Source: Candidatus Ruthenibacterium avium (GTDB lineage Bacteria; Bacillota; Clostridia; Oscillospirales; Ruminococcaceae). Taken from it: a stretch of 64,000 nt of DNA. The notes under the pieces were generated by a model. That model was not told the DNA's origin. It worked only from the letters and a program-made list of their open reading frames with translations, and searched no databases. Position numbers and translations under genes: made by a program. The stretch spans positions 4,956 through 68,955 of the forward strand of contig DWYA01000077.1 in NCBI GenBank assembly GCA_019118905.1, given 5' to 3'. Numbering within the stretch: position 1 is the first letter of the stretch; each line of letters begins with the position of its first letter. Positions 26,449 to 36,813 of the stretch are shown here, piece by piece.

Positions 26449-28566
26449 ATGAGCGAGATCGATTCCGGAATGGAATCCCTGGTGGAGGCATTTATTTACG
26501 AAACCAGTGGACTGTTAGACGAGCTGGATGAAATCCTGCTTGAGTCCGAAAAGGCAAAAAACATCAGCGAAGATAACATCAATATGATTTTCCGCATTAC
26601 TCACACAATCAAAGGTTCTGCGGCCATGCTGGAATTTGCGGAGATGTCTACGCTGGCGCATGCGGTGGAGGATGTTTTCTACATCATCCGTGAAGATCCT
26701 TCCAAATTGGATTTGGTGTTTGACGCTATTTTTGACTTGGTGTTCCAAACGTCTGATTTCCTGCGCAAAGAGATTGCGTCTTTGCAAACCTCCAGCTATA
26801 CGCCGGCAGATCCCAGCGCTTTGGTGGAGCAGCTGCATGAGCAAGCGGCTATCATGAAGGGCGAGGCCAGCGCACCGGCGCACGACCAGGAGGCACCTGC
26901 GGCGCAGGAAACAGCAGCTGCTGAGCCTGCACCTGAGGCAGCGGCACCGGCTGGTGACGGCGATGAGCTGCGTGTGCGCGTTCATTTTGACGATGGCTGC
27001 CAGATGGAAAATATGCGTGCCTTCATGCTGATTTCTCAGCTGAAAGGCTGCTGTACCAGCGTAACGTCTGTGCCGGCAAATCCTGAAACGGATGCATCGA
27101 CGAGCGCGGAAATTATCAAAAACGGTCTTTTGCTGATCTGCCGTCCGGCTGATTCTGAGGACGAGGTTATCAAAACGATTGAGGAGTCGCTCAATATTAA
27201 ATCGTATGAGGTTGAGGCTAACGTTCCGGCACAGGAAGCACAGCCCAAGAGCGCACCGGCCGCACAGCCCGCAGCGGAGGCAAAGCCCAGCGCTGCTGTT
27301 GAGAAGGCACCGGCAAAACCGGCCGCTTCTAAGCCGAGCGCGGCAGAGTCTGCCCAAAAGGGTACGCCGGCCGCTGCAAAAGTTGGCGTAAAGCAAAGCC
27401 TCATCAGCGTCAATCAGTCTAAGCTGGACCGTTTGATGGATTTGGTGGGCGAAATTGTAACTGCCGAGTCGATGGTTGCGCGTGACCCCGATTTGAACGG
27501 CCTGCGTTTGGACCACTTCACAAAGTCCATCCGTGAGCTGCGCAAGCTGACCGACGAATTGCAGGATGTTGTTATGAGCATCCGCATGGTGCCGCTGCAC
27601 GGCACGTTCCAGAAAATGTCCCGCATTGTGCGCGATATGGCCAAAAAGCTGGATAAGCAGGCAGAGCTGGTTACATACGGCGGCGATACTGAGGTGGATA
27701 AAACCATCAATGACGCCATTGCCGACCCGTTTATGCACATGATCCGCAACTCGATGGACCATGCCATTGAGCATCCCGATGAGCGTGTCAAGCTTGGAAA
27801 ACCGGCCATGGGTAAGATTACGCTGGCTGCACGCAATGTGGGTGGTGAAATTCACATTGATGTGGCGGATGACGGCTGCGGCTTGGATCCGAAAAAGATT
27901 TTGGCCAAAGCGCGCGAGAACGGCTTGCTGACAAAGCTGGAAAGCGAATATACGGACAAAGAAATTTTCCAGATGATTATGCTTCCGGGCTTCTCTACCA
28001 ACAAAGAGGTAACGGAGTATTCCGGCCGCGGCGTGGGTATGGACGTTGTGCGCAAAAACATTGAAAAAGTTGGCGGCAGCATTACCATTCACAGCGAGTA
28101 CGGCAAAGGTACAACCTTTACCATTAAGATTCCGCTGACGCTGGCAATTGTAGACGGTATGAACCTGGCAGTGGGCAACACCGTATTCACTTTGCCGATT
28201 ACTTCCATCAAGCAGTCGTTTAAGCCTACCGGCCCCGAGCAGATTATCCACAATGCAAACGGCACCGAGATGATTATGGTTCGCGGCGAGTGTTTGCCGA
28301 TTTTGCGTTTGCATAAGATGTATCAAATTGACGCAAAGCACTCCGACATTATGGACGGTATTTTGATTCAAGTGGAAAACAGCTCCTCGAGCGCCTGCAT
28401 CTTTGCGGATGAGCTGTTGGGCGAGTATCAAGTTGTGGTAAAGCCCTTCCCGACCTTCTTTAATAAGTACGACTTGAAGTCGCAGGGACTTTCGGGATGC
28501 AGCATCCTGGGCGACGGTACCGTCAGCCTGATTTTGGATGCCAATGCGTTGATCAACAATCTGTAA
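26449..28566 (+). CDS. cheA: Chemotaxis histidine kinase CheA
   Basis: Hpt FRITHTIKGSA, P2 domain, A/P-rich linkers, H.IRNS.DH, DDGCG, FSTN..VT..SGRGVGMDVV and a C-terminal CheW-like domain. Confidence 0.97.
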   Translation: MSEIDSGMESLVEAFIYETSGLLDELDEILLESEKAKNISEDNINMIFRITHTIKGSAAMLEFAEMSTLAHAVEDVFYIIREDPSKLDLVFDAIFDLVFQTSDFLRKEIASLQTSSYTPADPSALVEQLHEQAAIMKGEASAPAHDQEAPAAQETAAAEPAPEAAAPAGDGDELRVRVHFDDGCQMENMRAFMLISQLKGCCTSVTSVPANPETDASTSAEIIKNGLLLICRPADSEDEVIKTIEESLNIKSYEVEANVPAQEAQPKSAPAAQPAAEAKPSAAVEKAPAKPAASKPSAAESAQKGTPAAAKVGVKQSLISVNQSKLDRLMDLVGEIVTAESMVARDPDLNGLRLDHFTKSIRELRKLTDELQDVVMSIRMVPLHGTFQKMSRIVRDMAKKLDKQAELVTYGGDTEVDKTINDAIADPFMHMIRNSMDHAIEHPDERVKLGKPAMGKITLAARNVGGEIHIDVADDGCGLDPKKILAKARENGLLTKLESEYTDKEIFQMIMLPGFSTNKEVTEYSGRGVGMDVVRKNIEKVGGSITIHSEYGKGTTFTIKIPLTLAIVDGMNLAVGNTVFTLPITSIKQSFKPTGPEQIIHNANGTEMIMVRGECLPILRLHKMYQIDAKHSDIMDGILIQVENSSSSACIFADELLGEYQVVVKPFPTFFNKYDLKSQGLSGCSILGDGTVSLILDANALINNL

Positions 28567-28582
28567 TGAGGGAGGCAAACGT

Positions 28583-29071
28583 ATGGCGGAAGAACTTATG
28601 TTAAACGCAGAACAAAACAGTCACTCCGAGCTAGAGGGCCGTTATCTGCTGTTTTATATTCAAGACATGCTGTACAGCGTAGAGCTGCGGTATGTAATCG
28701 AAATTATTGCAGTGCAGACGGCAACCCATCTGCCCAATTTGCCTATCTATATCAAGGGAATTATCAACCTGCGCGGCAAGGTGATTCCGGTGATTGATAT
28801 GCGGTTGAAGCTGGGCTTGCCCGAGCGCGAATACGACGACAAAACGTGTATTGTTGTGATTGATATCAGCGATATTCACATTGGTTTGATTGTGGACAGC
28901 GTGTCTGAGGTTGTCACGATTTCCGAGTCGCAGATTTCCGACACACCTTCCGGCGATATTGCCGAAAAGTATATTTCGTCGGTTTCTACCCACACGGATG
29001 GCGGTACGATCTTAAACATTGACAGTGAAAAGCTGTTCATCAATGATTTTGGAACCATTGTGGCACAATGA
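28583..29071 (+). CDS. cheW: Chemotaxis coupling protein CheW
   Basis: IKGIINLRGKVIPVIDMR and GLIVDSVSEV motifs. Confidence 0.95.
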   Translation: MAEELMLNAEQNSHSELEGRYLLFYIQDMLYSVELRYVIEIIAVQTATHLPNLPIYIKGIINLRGKVIPVIDMRLKLGLPEREYDDKTCIVVIDISDIHIGLIVDSVSEVVTISESQISDTPSGDIAEKYISSVSTHTDGGTILNIDSEKLFINDFGTIVAQ

Positions 29072-29114
29072 TGCACACAGCTTTTAGCATCATACAGGAA
29101 AGGAGCTGCGTGAT

Positions 29115-29966
29115 ATGCCCATATTGATGGATACGCAGGGACTTATCAAGCTTACGGATAAAGAATTTAACGATTTGGTTGCATTTGTTTACAAAAAATA
29201 CGGTATCGATTTAAGCAGAAAGCGTCAGCTTATTGAGGGACGGCTGTCACACACGATTCGTGCAAAGGGAATGGCAAATTTTTCCCAGTACATGGAGCGG
29301 CTGTTTCATGACGGAAGCGGCGAGGAGATGCACCAGTTCTTAAATAAGATCACAACCAATCATTCTTATTTTGCACGTGAGAACGAGCATTTTGAGTTTT
29401 TGATGAAGGTGGCACTGCCGCAGCTTGAAAAGACAAGGCGGGGAGATTTGCGCATTTGGAGCGCGGGTTGCTCCGCCGGGCAGGAGGCTTACAATATTGC
29501 CATGGTAATGGATCAATATTTTGGGCCGCGTAAGCCTCAATGGGATACCACGATTTTAGCAACCGATATTTCTACCAATGTTTTAACAAAGGCAAGAGAG
29601 GGCATTTATCCTGCCGACAGCGTGAAAGGGCTGCCTGCCGCATGGAAAACAAAATACCTGCGGCAGCTTCCAAACGGTGATTATCAGGTGTGTGATAAAA
29701 TTCGCAAAGAGGTCGTATTCCGTATTTTTAACTTGATGGATCCCTTTGTTTACAAAAAACCGTTTGACATTATTTTCTGCAGAAACGTCATGATTTATTT
29801 TGACGCACAAACCACCAATCGAACCGTGGAAAAGTTCTATAATGCAACTGCTCCCGGAGGGTATCTCTTCATTGGTCATTCTGAAAGCGTTGACAGGGCA
29901 AGTTCTAAATATACCTACTTGATGCCTGCAATTTATCAAAAGCAGCCAAATAAAGGAGGACGTTGA
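29115..29966 (+). CDS. cheR: Chemotaxis methyltransferase CheR
   Basis: ITTNHSYFARE, RIWSAGCSAGQEAY and DIIFCRNVMIYF motifs. Confidence 0.96.
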   Translation: MPILMDTQGLIKLTDKEFNDLVAFVYKKYGIDLSRKRQLIEGRLSHTIRAKGMANFSQYMERLFHDGSGEEMHQFLNKITTNHSYFARENEHFEFLMKVALPQLEKTRRGDLRIWSAGCSAGQEAYNIAMVMDQYFGPRKPQWDTTILATDISTNVLTKAREGIYPADSVKGLPAAWKTKYLRQLPNGDYQVCDKIRKEVVFRIFNLMDPFVYKKPFDIIFCRNVMIYFDAQTTNRTVEKFYNATAPGGYLFIGHSESVDRASSKYTYLMPAIYQKQPNKGGR

Positions 29967-31018
29967 AGATGAATCAGCCTGTACGGGTTCTGGTGGTGGA
30001 TGATTCGATTCTGTTTCGCACAAAGCTTCGCATGAGCCTTTCGGAAGATCCTTCGCTGTCGGTTGTCGGCAGCGCAATGGATCCCGAGGACGCCATGCGC
30101 AAAATAGAGCAGCTGAAGCCGGATGTTATTACGCTGGACGTGGAAATGCCGAAGATGAACGGCATCGAGTTTTTAAAGAAACTGATGCCCATTAAGCCGA
30201 TTCCCGTTATCGTTGTGACATCGCTTCCCATGAATGCTCTGGACGCTTTGGAAGCGGGCGCCGTTGACTTTGTCAACAAGCCTTCCGCCGATGCACCGGG
30301 CAGCGTGGACATCTTTTTGCAAAATTTGCGCAGCAAAGTAAAAATGGCTGCGCAGGCGAAGGTAAGGCGTCCGGGCGCTGTGGTGCGTCAGCCGTCTTTG
30401 GTGCAGCGCTTGGCGCCGCCCATTAAAGCTTCGCAGGATACACTGATTGCCATTGGTGCATCCACAGGCGGTACCGAGGCCATTATTGAAGTGGTGAAGA
30501 ATCTGCCGCCCACAACACCGGGCATCATTATCGTACAGCATATGCCGGCGAATTTTACGAATTTGTATGCACAGCGTTTGGACCGCATTTGCAAGATGTC
30601 GGTTAAGGAGGCGCAGGATATGGACCGAGTGATGACGGGCCATATCATTGTTGCGGCAGGCGACTACCATTTAACGCTGAAAAAAGACGGAAAAGGCTAT
30701 TATATCAGAAGCATGAAGGGCGAGCGCGTAAGCGGCCATTGCCCCTCTGTGGATGTGATGTTTGATTCTGTGGCGGATGTGGCGCGTGACAAAGCGATTG
30801 GCGTCATTTTAACCGGTATGGGTGCAGATGGCGCACGCGGATTGACAAAAATGCGCAAGGCCGGGGCCTATACCATTGGCCAAGACCGTGAGAGCTGTGT
30901 TGTTTACGGTATGCCCATGGAGGCTTACAAGATGGGCGGCGTTTGCAAACAGCTTCCGTTGGATCAAATCGGCGACGAGATTTTGTATTCTCTTTCCAAA
31001 AGTGCAAAAAGAGGCTGA
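29963..31018 (+). CDS. cheB: Chemotaxis methylesterase CheB (REC plus methylesterase)
   Basis: VLVVDDS, ITLDVEMP, IGASTGG, VQHMP, HCPSVD and LTGMGADGA motifs. Confidence 0.97.
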   Translation: MKMNQPVRVLVVDDSILFRTKLRMSLSEDPSLSVVGSAMDPEDAMRKIEQLKPDVITLDVEMPKMNGIEFLKKLMPIKPIPVIVVTSLPMNALDALEAGAVDFVNKPSADAPGSVDIFLQNLRSKVKMAAQAKVRRPGAVVRQPSLVQRLAPPIKASQDTLIAIGASTGGTEAIIEVVKNLPPTTPGIIIVQHMPANFTNLYAQRLDRICKMSVKEAQDMDRVMTGHIIVAAGDYHLTLKKDGKGYYIRSMKGERVSGHCPSVDVMFDSVADVARDKAIGVILTGMGADGARGLTKMRKAGAYTIGQDRESCVVYGMPMEAYKMGGVCKQLPLDQIGDEILYSLSKSAKRG

Positions 31019-31163
31019 TTTGGCTTCTGGCAGGAAAGAGATCGTCCAATAGCCTCAAAAAGGTAAAATTGCCTTTCAATTTGTTTTGAAGCAATGGTGC
31101 GTAAAAATTTTTAGGTGCTGCTGCTCCAAAAAATATGCAACGGATGTTGAACAAGAAAGGAGA

Positions 31164-31349
31164 ATGGCTATGGATATGAGCATTGCAAGTGCAAGCACAG
31201 CAATGGCACAAGTTGACGTGCTTCAGCAAACCTCGATTTCTTTGTTGAAAAAAACAATGGAAACACAGGAAGTGCAGGCACAGCAGCTGATGGAGATGCT
31301 GCCGCGCCAGGCTGCATCTTTTGGCCATCAGCTGGATGTTTACATCTAA
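31164..31349 (+). CDS. YjfB-family putative motility protein (61 aa)
   Basis: MDMSIASASTAMAQ..V.QQ.SISLLKK.ME...G..LDV; AAAGGAG RBS; follows cheB. Confidence 0.75.
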   Translation: MAMDMSIASASTAMAQVDVLQQTSISLLKKTMETQEVQAQQLMEMLPRQAASFGHQLDVYI

Positions 31350-31360
31350 CGTGCAGTAAT

Positions 31361-31407
31361 GCAAAAGCGCCGTGACGAGCGAATTTCGTTCGTCACGGCG
31401 CTTTTGC
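31361..31407. terminator. Bidirectional terminator
   Basis: gcaaaagcgccgtgacgagcgaa/ttcgttcgtcacggcgcttttgc. Confidence 0.8.
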
Positions 31408-31453
31408 GTGTTTCAACTTCAAGTTTGTCCAAGTAAATCAGAACTTGCCGATG

Positions 31454-31488
31454 AAAATACCGCCCGATTCTTGACCGGGCGGTATTTT
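31454..31488. terminator. Second hairpin terminator, downstream of the FtsX gene
   Basis: aaaataccgcccg/cgggcggtatttt. Confidence 0.7.
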
Positions 31489-31504
31489 TGGTTTGAATAA
31501 TCGG

Positions 31505-34500
31505 TCATTCAGGTGCTTTCATGCTTTCTACCATGTTGATGCGCTGCAATTTGCGGTGCATCACAAGATTGACCAAAACGCTGAAAGCAATTGTCAAAGC
31601 GGAACTGTACAAATAGCTCAAGGGCTTAATCGTTCGGCCAAACATCACGGCATCCACTTCCACGCTTTGGATGACAAAGATATGCAGGAAGATGCCGAAA
31701 ATCAGGCCAAAAAACGTGCCGATCACTGTTAATGCGGCCGATTCGCGGTAAACATAGGCCGAAACCTCTCGGTCAAAAAAGCCCAGCACCTTAATGGTGG
31801 CAATTTCCTTGGTACGCTCCGTAATATTGATGTTGATTAGGTTGTACAGCACCACAAAGGCAAGCATACCGGCTGAAAGAATGAGCACAACCACAATGAT
31901 ATTGATTTTTTCCAGCATGTTTTCAAAGCTGGCTTTTAAATCGCTGATAAAGCTTACCCCCGATACCGTTCCCGTGTTCAGTAAAGCCTCGCTCAATTGG
32001 TCGTGTACTTCTTGTGAGCTGTCCGCAGCACGAAGCACAATGGTATCAAAAGAGGGCTCGCTTCCAAAAGCGGCGCGATAGGTTTCGGCGGAAAGATAGA
32101 CGTAGTTTTGCACATAGTTTTCCGCAACGCCATCCACACGGAATTCAGCCTCTTTGCCGCTGCTGTTTGCCAAAGTAATGACATCGCCCGGCTTTGCGTC
32201 CATGCGTTCACTCATTTTTTCTGTAATGACAATGCCGCTTTCGCTGAAAGGAACAGGGCTTTGCGATAAGCGGTCTTTCAGCGTCACAAAGCTGTCAAAC
32301 AAAGCGGTATTTTCGGGAACAAATAAAGTAGTGCTGAATGTTTCGCCGTCAACGTCATTTTCGCTGTTTTCTTGGTGCACCAGTAAGTAGCTTTCTACTA
32401 ACTCACCATTGTTGAGGACATCGGAAAGAGAGTCTTCCACGCCTTTGTCGGCATCTTTTAAGGTAGTAGTTAAATCGTAGGTGAAAATGGAACCAAACTG
32501 CTGGTACACAATATCACTGATGGAGTCATGCAGGCCAAAGCCTGTCAGCAGCAGTCCGGTACAGCCTGCAATGCCAATGACCGTCATAAAAAAGCGCTTT
32601 TTATAGCGGAACAAGTTGCGCGCCGTTACCTTGTGCGTAAATTTCATGCGGTTCCAAACCGGTTTCACACGCTCCAGCAAAATGCGTTTTCCGGCTCGCG
32701 GTGCCTTGGGCAGCATCAAAGAACCGGCATTTTCCCGCAGCGTGGTAAGAGAAGCGTTCAGGGTTGCCGCCAACGTGGCAACGAGCGCCAGCCCGCAAGC
32801 CATTAAAGCATAGGGGGCATCAAACAAATAGTGCAGCGGCGGCAGGAGGTACATCATGGTGTAGGCGTTCCAGATGACCGTGGGGAACAGGTAAAGGCCA
32901 ACAGAAATGCCGATGACGCAGCCGGAGCCGGTGGCCGCAACGGCATAGAGCAGATATTTTTTCATAATATCAAAGCTGCTGTATCCAAGCGCCTTCATGG
33001 TTCCGATTTGCGTGCGTTCTTCTTCCACCATGCGCGTCATTGTGGTGAGCGACACCAATGCCGCAACCAAGAAGAAGAAAATGGGGAAGACACCGGCGAT
33101 GGCTTCTACCTTTTCCACATTGGAGGAGAAAGAGGCATAGCTGACATTTGTCGAACGAGTCAGCACATACCATTCCGGCACCTTCATTTCACTTAAAGCG
33201 CGTTCACCATCTTCCAACTGCTTGCGTGCGTCGTCGAGCTGTGCCTGTGCCTCCTCTTTGCTGGCCTGGTACTCGTTTTCGCCCTGCGCCAGCTCTTGCT
33301 TGGCGGCTTCCAGCTGTTCTTCTCCGTCTGCCACTTCGTTTTTCGAGTTTTCCAGCTTGGCCTCAGCGAGTTCCATTTGCAGCCGTGCCAGATCGGGCGC
33401 CAGATTCAATGAAGTTTCACCGGCAGCAAGCTGTGCTTCCGCGGCAGTAATTTGTGCCTTTGCTTGGGCAAGCTGTGCTTTGCCCTGTGCCAACTGCTGC
33501 TCACCCTGTTCAATCTTGGGCGTATTTTCTGCAATTTGCTGTTTGGCGCTTTCCAGCTGTGCCGAAGTATCATCCACTGTCTGCTGGGCGGCTATCAAAC
33601 CGTCCTGTGCCGCTTTTAAAGACGCCTTTGCTGCATCGGCTTGTATTTGTGCAGTAGAGGCAGCGGCTTCCAGCACGGCCAAGCGCTGCTTTTCGGCTTC
33701 ATAGGCCGCTCGTGCGCTGTCGCGCGCACTTAACAGCGGTGCTGCGGCAGTGGGGTCTTGCGCTGCCCATTCTGCTTCTGATAAATCGCCGCGGGCCGCA
33801 TCAACGGCAGCTTGTGCGTCTAAATAAGTTTGCTCCAGCGTGGCGAGCGGCGACGAAGCCAGCGCCGTATCATATTCTTTTTGCGCTGCATCCGCCGCGC
33901 TTTGCAGTGACGAAGCCTGCTGCTCCAATGCGGGGATCTGAGCTTGTGCGCTCGACAGCGCGCTTTGTGCGCGTGTGAGCATCGGCTCTAAAGTAGCAAC
34001 AAGCGTCTGCGCTTGTGCCAGCTGCTGCTTTGCATTGTTTAATTCCGTTTCTTTTTCGGCCAAAAGAGCGGCGTTTTCCTCATACTGCGCCTTGGCCTGC
34101 ACCAGCTGTGCCTTACCGGCACTGAGCTCCTCCGTTTTTTGGGTCAGCTCACCGCCGATGGAAGCCTGCGACTGCTCCAGCTCGGCCTCGCCCTGTTCAA
34201 TTTGCTCTTTGGCATCGTTTAAGAGGGCTTCATTATCGGCAATTTCCTGCCGCCCATCCTCCAGCTTTTGCTCGGCTTGTGCAAATTCCTCGTTGGCATC
34301 GCTGAGGGCGTCTTCGTACTCCTTACGCGCTTTTTCCAGTTCTTCCTGCGTTTGGGTGTAAACCTCGTTATAACGGATTTCGCACCGCTCTCCCGCGATG
34401 GCTTCCATGCGGGAAACGGTTTCCTCTACAAGACTTTCATAATCGTCCGTCAGACTGTTTTGTGCCGCAGCACCGCTGACCGTGACATAAATATCAGTGT

Positions 34501-35158
34501 ACGCTTCCAGTGCAAAGTTTTGCTCGCCGGTATAGACAATCATGGCGACGCTGCCGTTGCCTACCGTAGAACTTTCATTTTCAATGGAAAAGTAATAAGG
34601 CGACGTGACAATGCCGGTCACTTGATATTCCGTGCAGGAAAAATTGGTATCGGCATTGGGGCTGTCCGGCGAAATAGTCAGCGTTTCTCCCACTTGTACG
34701 GGTGCGCCCGTCAGCTCGTTGTTGATAATAACAACGCATTCGTTATCACGCACGGGTAAGCGGCCTTGCGCGACCTCCAGCCGGTTGAGATAGCCCACCG
34801 GTTCTTGAGCTTCAATTTGGTCCATGGGCAGGCTGTGAAAGCGCGTGACCAGCGTATCGCCGCCGGAGGTGTTTACGAGGGCATCGGCGCTGTAAGCGGG
34901 CATGATTTCTTCCACACCCTCCAACGCTTGAATGGCGTCGGCATCGTCTTGCGTCAGCGCAAGCGTACCCACCACGCGAATGTCGAACAAATGGCCTTCG
35001 TCAAAAAAGCGATCAGCCGAATAGCGCATGTCGGGCGTGGTGGTGAGCAGACCGGCAAAAAAGCCCGTTCCCAGCGCGACAATTGCCACAATGGCGGCAA
35101 AGCGGCTGAAAGAGCTTTTCACCGTGCGCAGGATATTTTTGCGATATGTTTTTTTCAC
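31505..35158 (-). CDS. FtsX/MacB-type ABC exporter permease with a long coiled-coil insertion
   Basis: Two FtsX domains (TTMTRMVEEERTQIGTMKALG; NINITERTKEIATIKVLG) and an A/Q/E-rich coiled coil. Confidence 0.9.
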   Translation of the reverse strand: MKKTYRKNILRTVKSSFSRFAAIVAIVALGTGFFAGLLTTTPDMRYSADRFFDEGHLFDIRVVGTLALTQDDADAIQALEGVEEIMPAYSADALVNTSGGDTLVTRFHSLPMDQIEAQEPVGYLNRLEVAQGRLPVRDNECVVIINNELTGAPVQVGETLTISPDSPNADTNFSCTEYQVTGIVTSPYYFSIENESSTVGNGSVAMIVYTGEQNFALEAYTDIYVTVSGAAAQNSLTDDYESLVEETVSRMEAIAGERCEIRYNEVYTQTQEELEKARKEYEDALSDANEEFAQAEQKLEDGRQEIADNEALLNDAKEQIEQGEAELEQSQASIGGELTQKTEELSAGKAQLVQAKAQYEENAALLAEKETELNNAKQQLAQAQTLVATLEPMLTRAQSALSSAQAQIPALEQQASSLQSAADAAQKEYDTALASSPLATLEQTYLDAQAAVDAARGDLSEAEWAAQDPTAAAPLLSARDSARAAYEAEKQRLAVLEAAASTAQIQADAAKASLKAAQDGLIAAQQTVDDTSAQLESAKQQIAENTPKIEQGEQQLAQGKAQLAQAKAQITAAEAQLAAGETSLNLAPDLARLQMELAEAKLENSKNEVADGEEQLEAAKQELAQGENEYQASKEEAQAQLDDARKQLEDGERALSEMKVPEWYVLTRSTNVSYASFSSNVEKVEAIAGVFPIFFFLVAALVSLTTMTRMVEEERTQIGTMKALGYSSFDIMKKYLLYAVAATGSGCVIGISVGLYLFPTVIWNAYTMMYLLPPLHYLFDAPYALMACGLALVATLAATLNASLTTLRENAGSLMLPKAPRAGKRILLERVKPVWNRMKFTHKVTARNLFRYKKRFFMTVIGIAGCTGLLLTGFGLHDSISDIVYQQFGSIFTYDLTTTLKDADKGVEDSLSDVLNNGELVESYLLVHQENSENDVDGETFSTTLFVPENTALFDSFVTLKDRLSQSPVPFSESGIVITEKMSERMDAKPGDVITLANSSGKEAEFRVDGVAENYVQNYVYLSAETYRAAFGSEPSFDTIVLRAADSSQEVHDQLSEALLNTGTVSGVSFISDLKASFENMLEKINIIVVVLILSAGMLAFVVLYNLININITERTKEIATIKVLGFFDREVSAYVYRESAALTVIGTFFGLIFGIFLHIFVIQSVEVDAVMFGRTIKPLSYLYSSALTIAFSVLVNLVMHRKLQRINMVESMKAPE

Positions 35159-35866
35159 TTACCACTCAATCCTTTCCACCGGGGTGGGGCAGGCGTTGAT
35201 TTCCATTGCCTGCACCGTACCGCTCCTGATATGGATTACCCGGTCCGCCATGGCGGTCAGCGCCGTGTTGTGCGTGATGACAATAACGGTTTTTCCGGTG
35301 CGGCGGCAGGTGTCCTGCAAAAGCTTGAGCACCTGCTTGCCCGTCACATAGTCCAATGCGCCGGTCGGTTCATCACACAGCAAAATTTTGGGGTTTTTGG
35401 CCAGTGCGCGCGCAATGGAAACGCGCTGCTGTTCGCCGCCGGAAAGCTGTGCGGGGAAATTGTCCAAACGATGCTCCAAGCCTATCTCACGCAGAACGGC
35501 AGCAGCATCCAGCGGGTCGCGGCAAATTTCGGACGCAAGCTCGACGTTTTCCAGTGCGGTCAAGTTCTGCACCAAGTTGTAAAACTGAAACACAAAACCC
35601 ACGTCATAGCGGCGGTATTGCGTCAGCTGGCGGTCATTGTAGGCGCTGATTTCATTTCCGTCCAGCAAAATTTTTCCTTCGTCGCACATGTCCATGCCGC
35701 CCAGCATGTTGAGCACTGTGGTTTTTCCCGCGCCCGAAGGCCCGACAATGATGCAGAACTCCCCTTGTTCAATCGTAAAGGAAACGTGGTCGGCTGCGGC
35801 AATACGCACACCGCCGTTTTGGTAATATTTACAAACGTTTTCAAACGTGACAAACGATGGCTGCAT
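35159..35866 (-). CDS. ABC transporter ATP-binding protein (LolD/MacB type)
   Basis: [17 protein letters not shown] and [11 protein letters not shown] motifs. Confidence 0.95.
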   Translation of the reverse strand: MQPSFVTFENVCKYYQNGGVRIAAADHVSFTIEQGEFCIIVGPSGAGKTTVLNMLGGMDMCDEGKILLDGNEISAYNDRQLTQYRRYDVGFVFQFYNLVQNLTALENVELASEICRDPLDAAAVLREIGLEHRLDNFPAQLSGGEQQRVSIARALAKNPKILLCDEPTGALDYVTGKQVLKLLQDTCRRTGKTVIVITHNTALTAMADRVIHIRSGTVQAMEINACPTPVERIEW

Positions 35867-36082
35867 GAGTCAATCCTCCAATAATAGACAAAATCATCGG
35901 CTGCAAAAACCGATAATAATAAACGCAGTGTTGATTATTTTACTTGCTTTCTCTATTATAATGAAAAGAACAAAAAACGACAATCCGTAAAAAAGCGTAT
36001 TTTGCCGATAAATGAACAAATGATAAAAAAGGTGTCGATTAACAAAATGTGAAATTTTTGTAAAGCAACAGGAGGGCGTGAG

Positions 36083-36673
36083 ATGGAAAAAGTGGATGCA
36101 CGGGTGCAGAAAACAAAAAAACGGCTGTGTGATGCGCTGATTAGCCTCATGCAGGAAAAGCGGCTGGAGCATATTACGGTAAAAGAGCTGTGTGCCCGAA
36201 GCGGGTTAAACCGCGGAACGTTCTATCTGCACTATCAAAATGTATTTGAGCTGATGCAGGACGTGGAGCAAGGCTTGGAGGAGGGCTTTTCTCAAGTTCT
36301 GCTTCGTGCACCCATTGAGACGCTTTATGCAGGGGGGCAAAAACCGGTGCTGGATGACGTGTGCCGCTACTTTGAAGAACATGCGGCAGCGTGTCGGCTG
36401 TTTTTGTCCCGCGGAGAGCACACAGCGTTGGTAGAGCGTGTGAAGCGCGTGGTGCGTGAGCGCGCGTTGGCGCAGTGGCGGCTGATGTATGGCGAGGATC
36501 CCCGCTATGAGTATGCCTTTGCCTTTGTTGCTTCGGGCTGTATCGGAATGCTGACCCTTTGGCTGGAGCAGGACACGCCCTGCTCTGCCGAGGAAATGGC
36601 ACAGATGATGGAGGGCTTTATTGCAAAGGCGGCGGAGGCCATGGCGCCGCAAAGCGACCCGAAAACCCGTTGA
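36083..36673 (+). CDS. TetR/AcrR family regulator, divergent from the ABC exporter
   Basis: ITVKELC.RSGLNRGTFYLHY HTH. Confidence 0.92.
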   Translation: MEKVDARVQKTKKRLCDALISLMQEKRLEHITVKELCARSGLNRGTFYLHYQNVFELMQDVEQGLEEGFSQVLLRAPIETLYAGGQKPVLDDVCRYFEEHAAACRLFLSRGEHTALVERVKRVVRERALAQWRLMYGEDPRYEYAFAFVASGCIGMLTLWLEQDTPCSAEEMAQMMEGFIAKAAEAMAPQSDPKTR

Positions 36674-36703
36674 ACAGCCGCTTTGACCGGCGGGAGCTTT
36701 CCC

Positions 36704-36732
36704 TTGTACAAAAAAGCGCTTCGTGGTATAAT
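36704..36732 (+). promoter_or_regulatory. SigA promoter for the lipoprotein and two-component operon
   Basis: TTGTAC, 17 bp, TATAAT, with TG at the extended -10 position. Confidence 0.7.
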
Positions 36733-36813
36733 AGCCGCAAAGCGGCGAAAAAACGCCCTTCGGGGCGGTGTAAAACGGATCGTTTTCTCAAGCGCGCTGT
36801 GAGACAGGAGGCG

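Noticed and set aside
35988-36010. Sigma-28 promoter TAAA...GCCGATAA
   Set aside because: Spacer is about 11 bp rather than 15-16, and the downstream gene is a TetR regulator.
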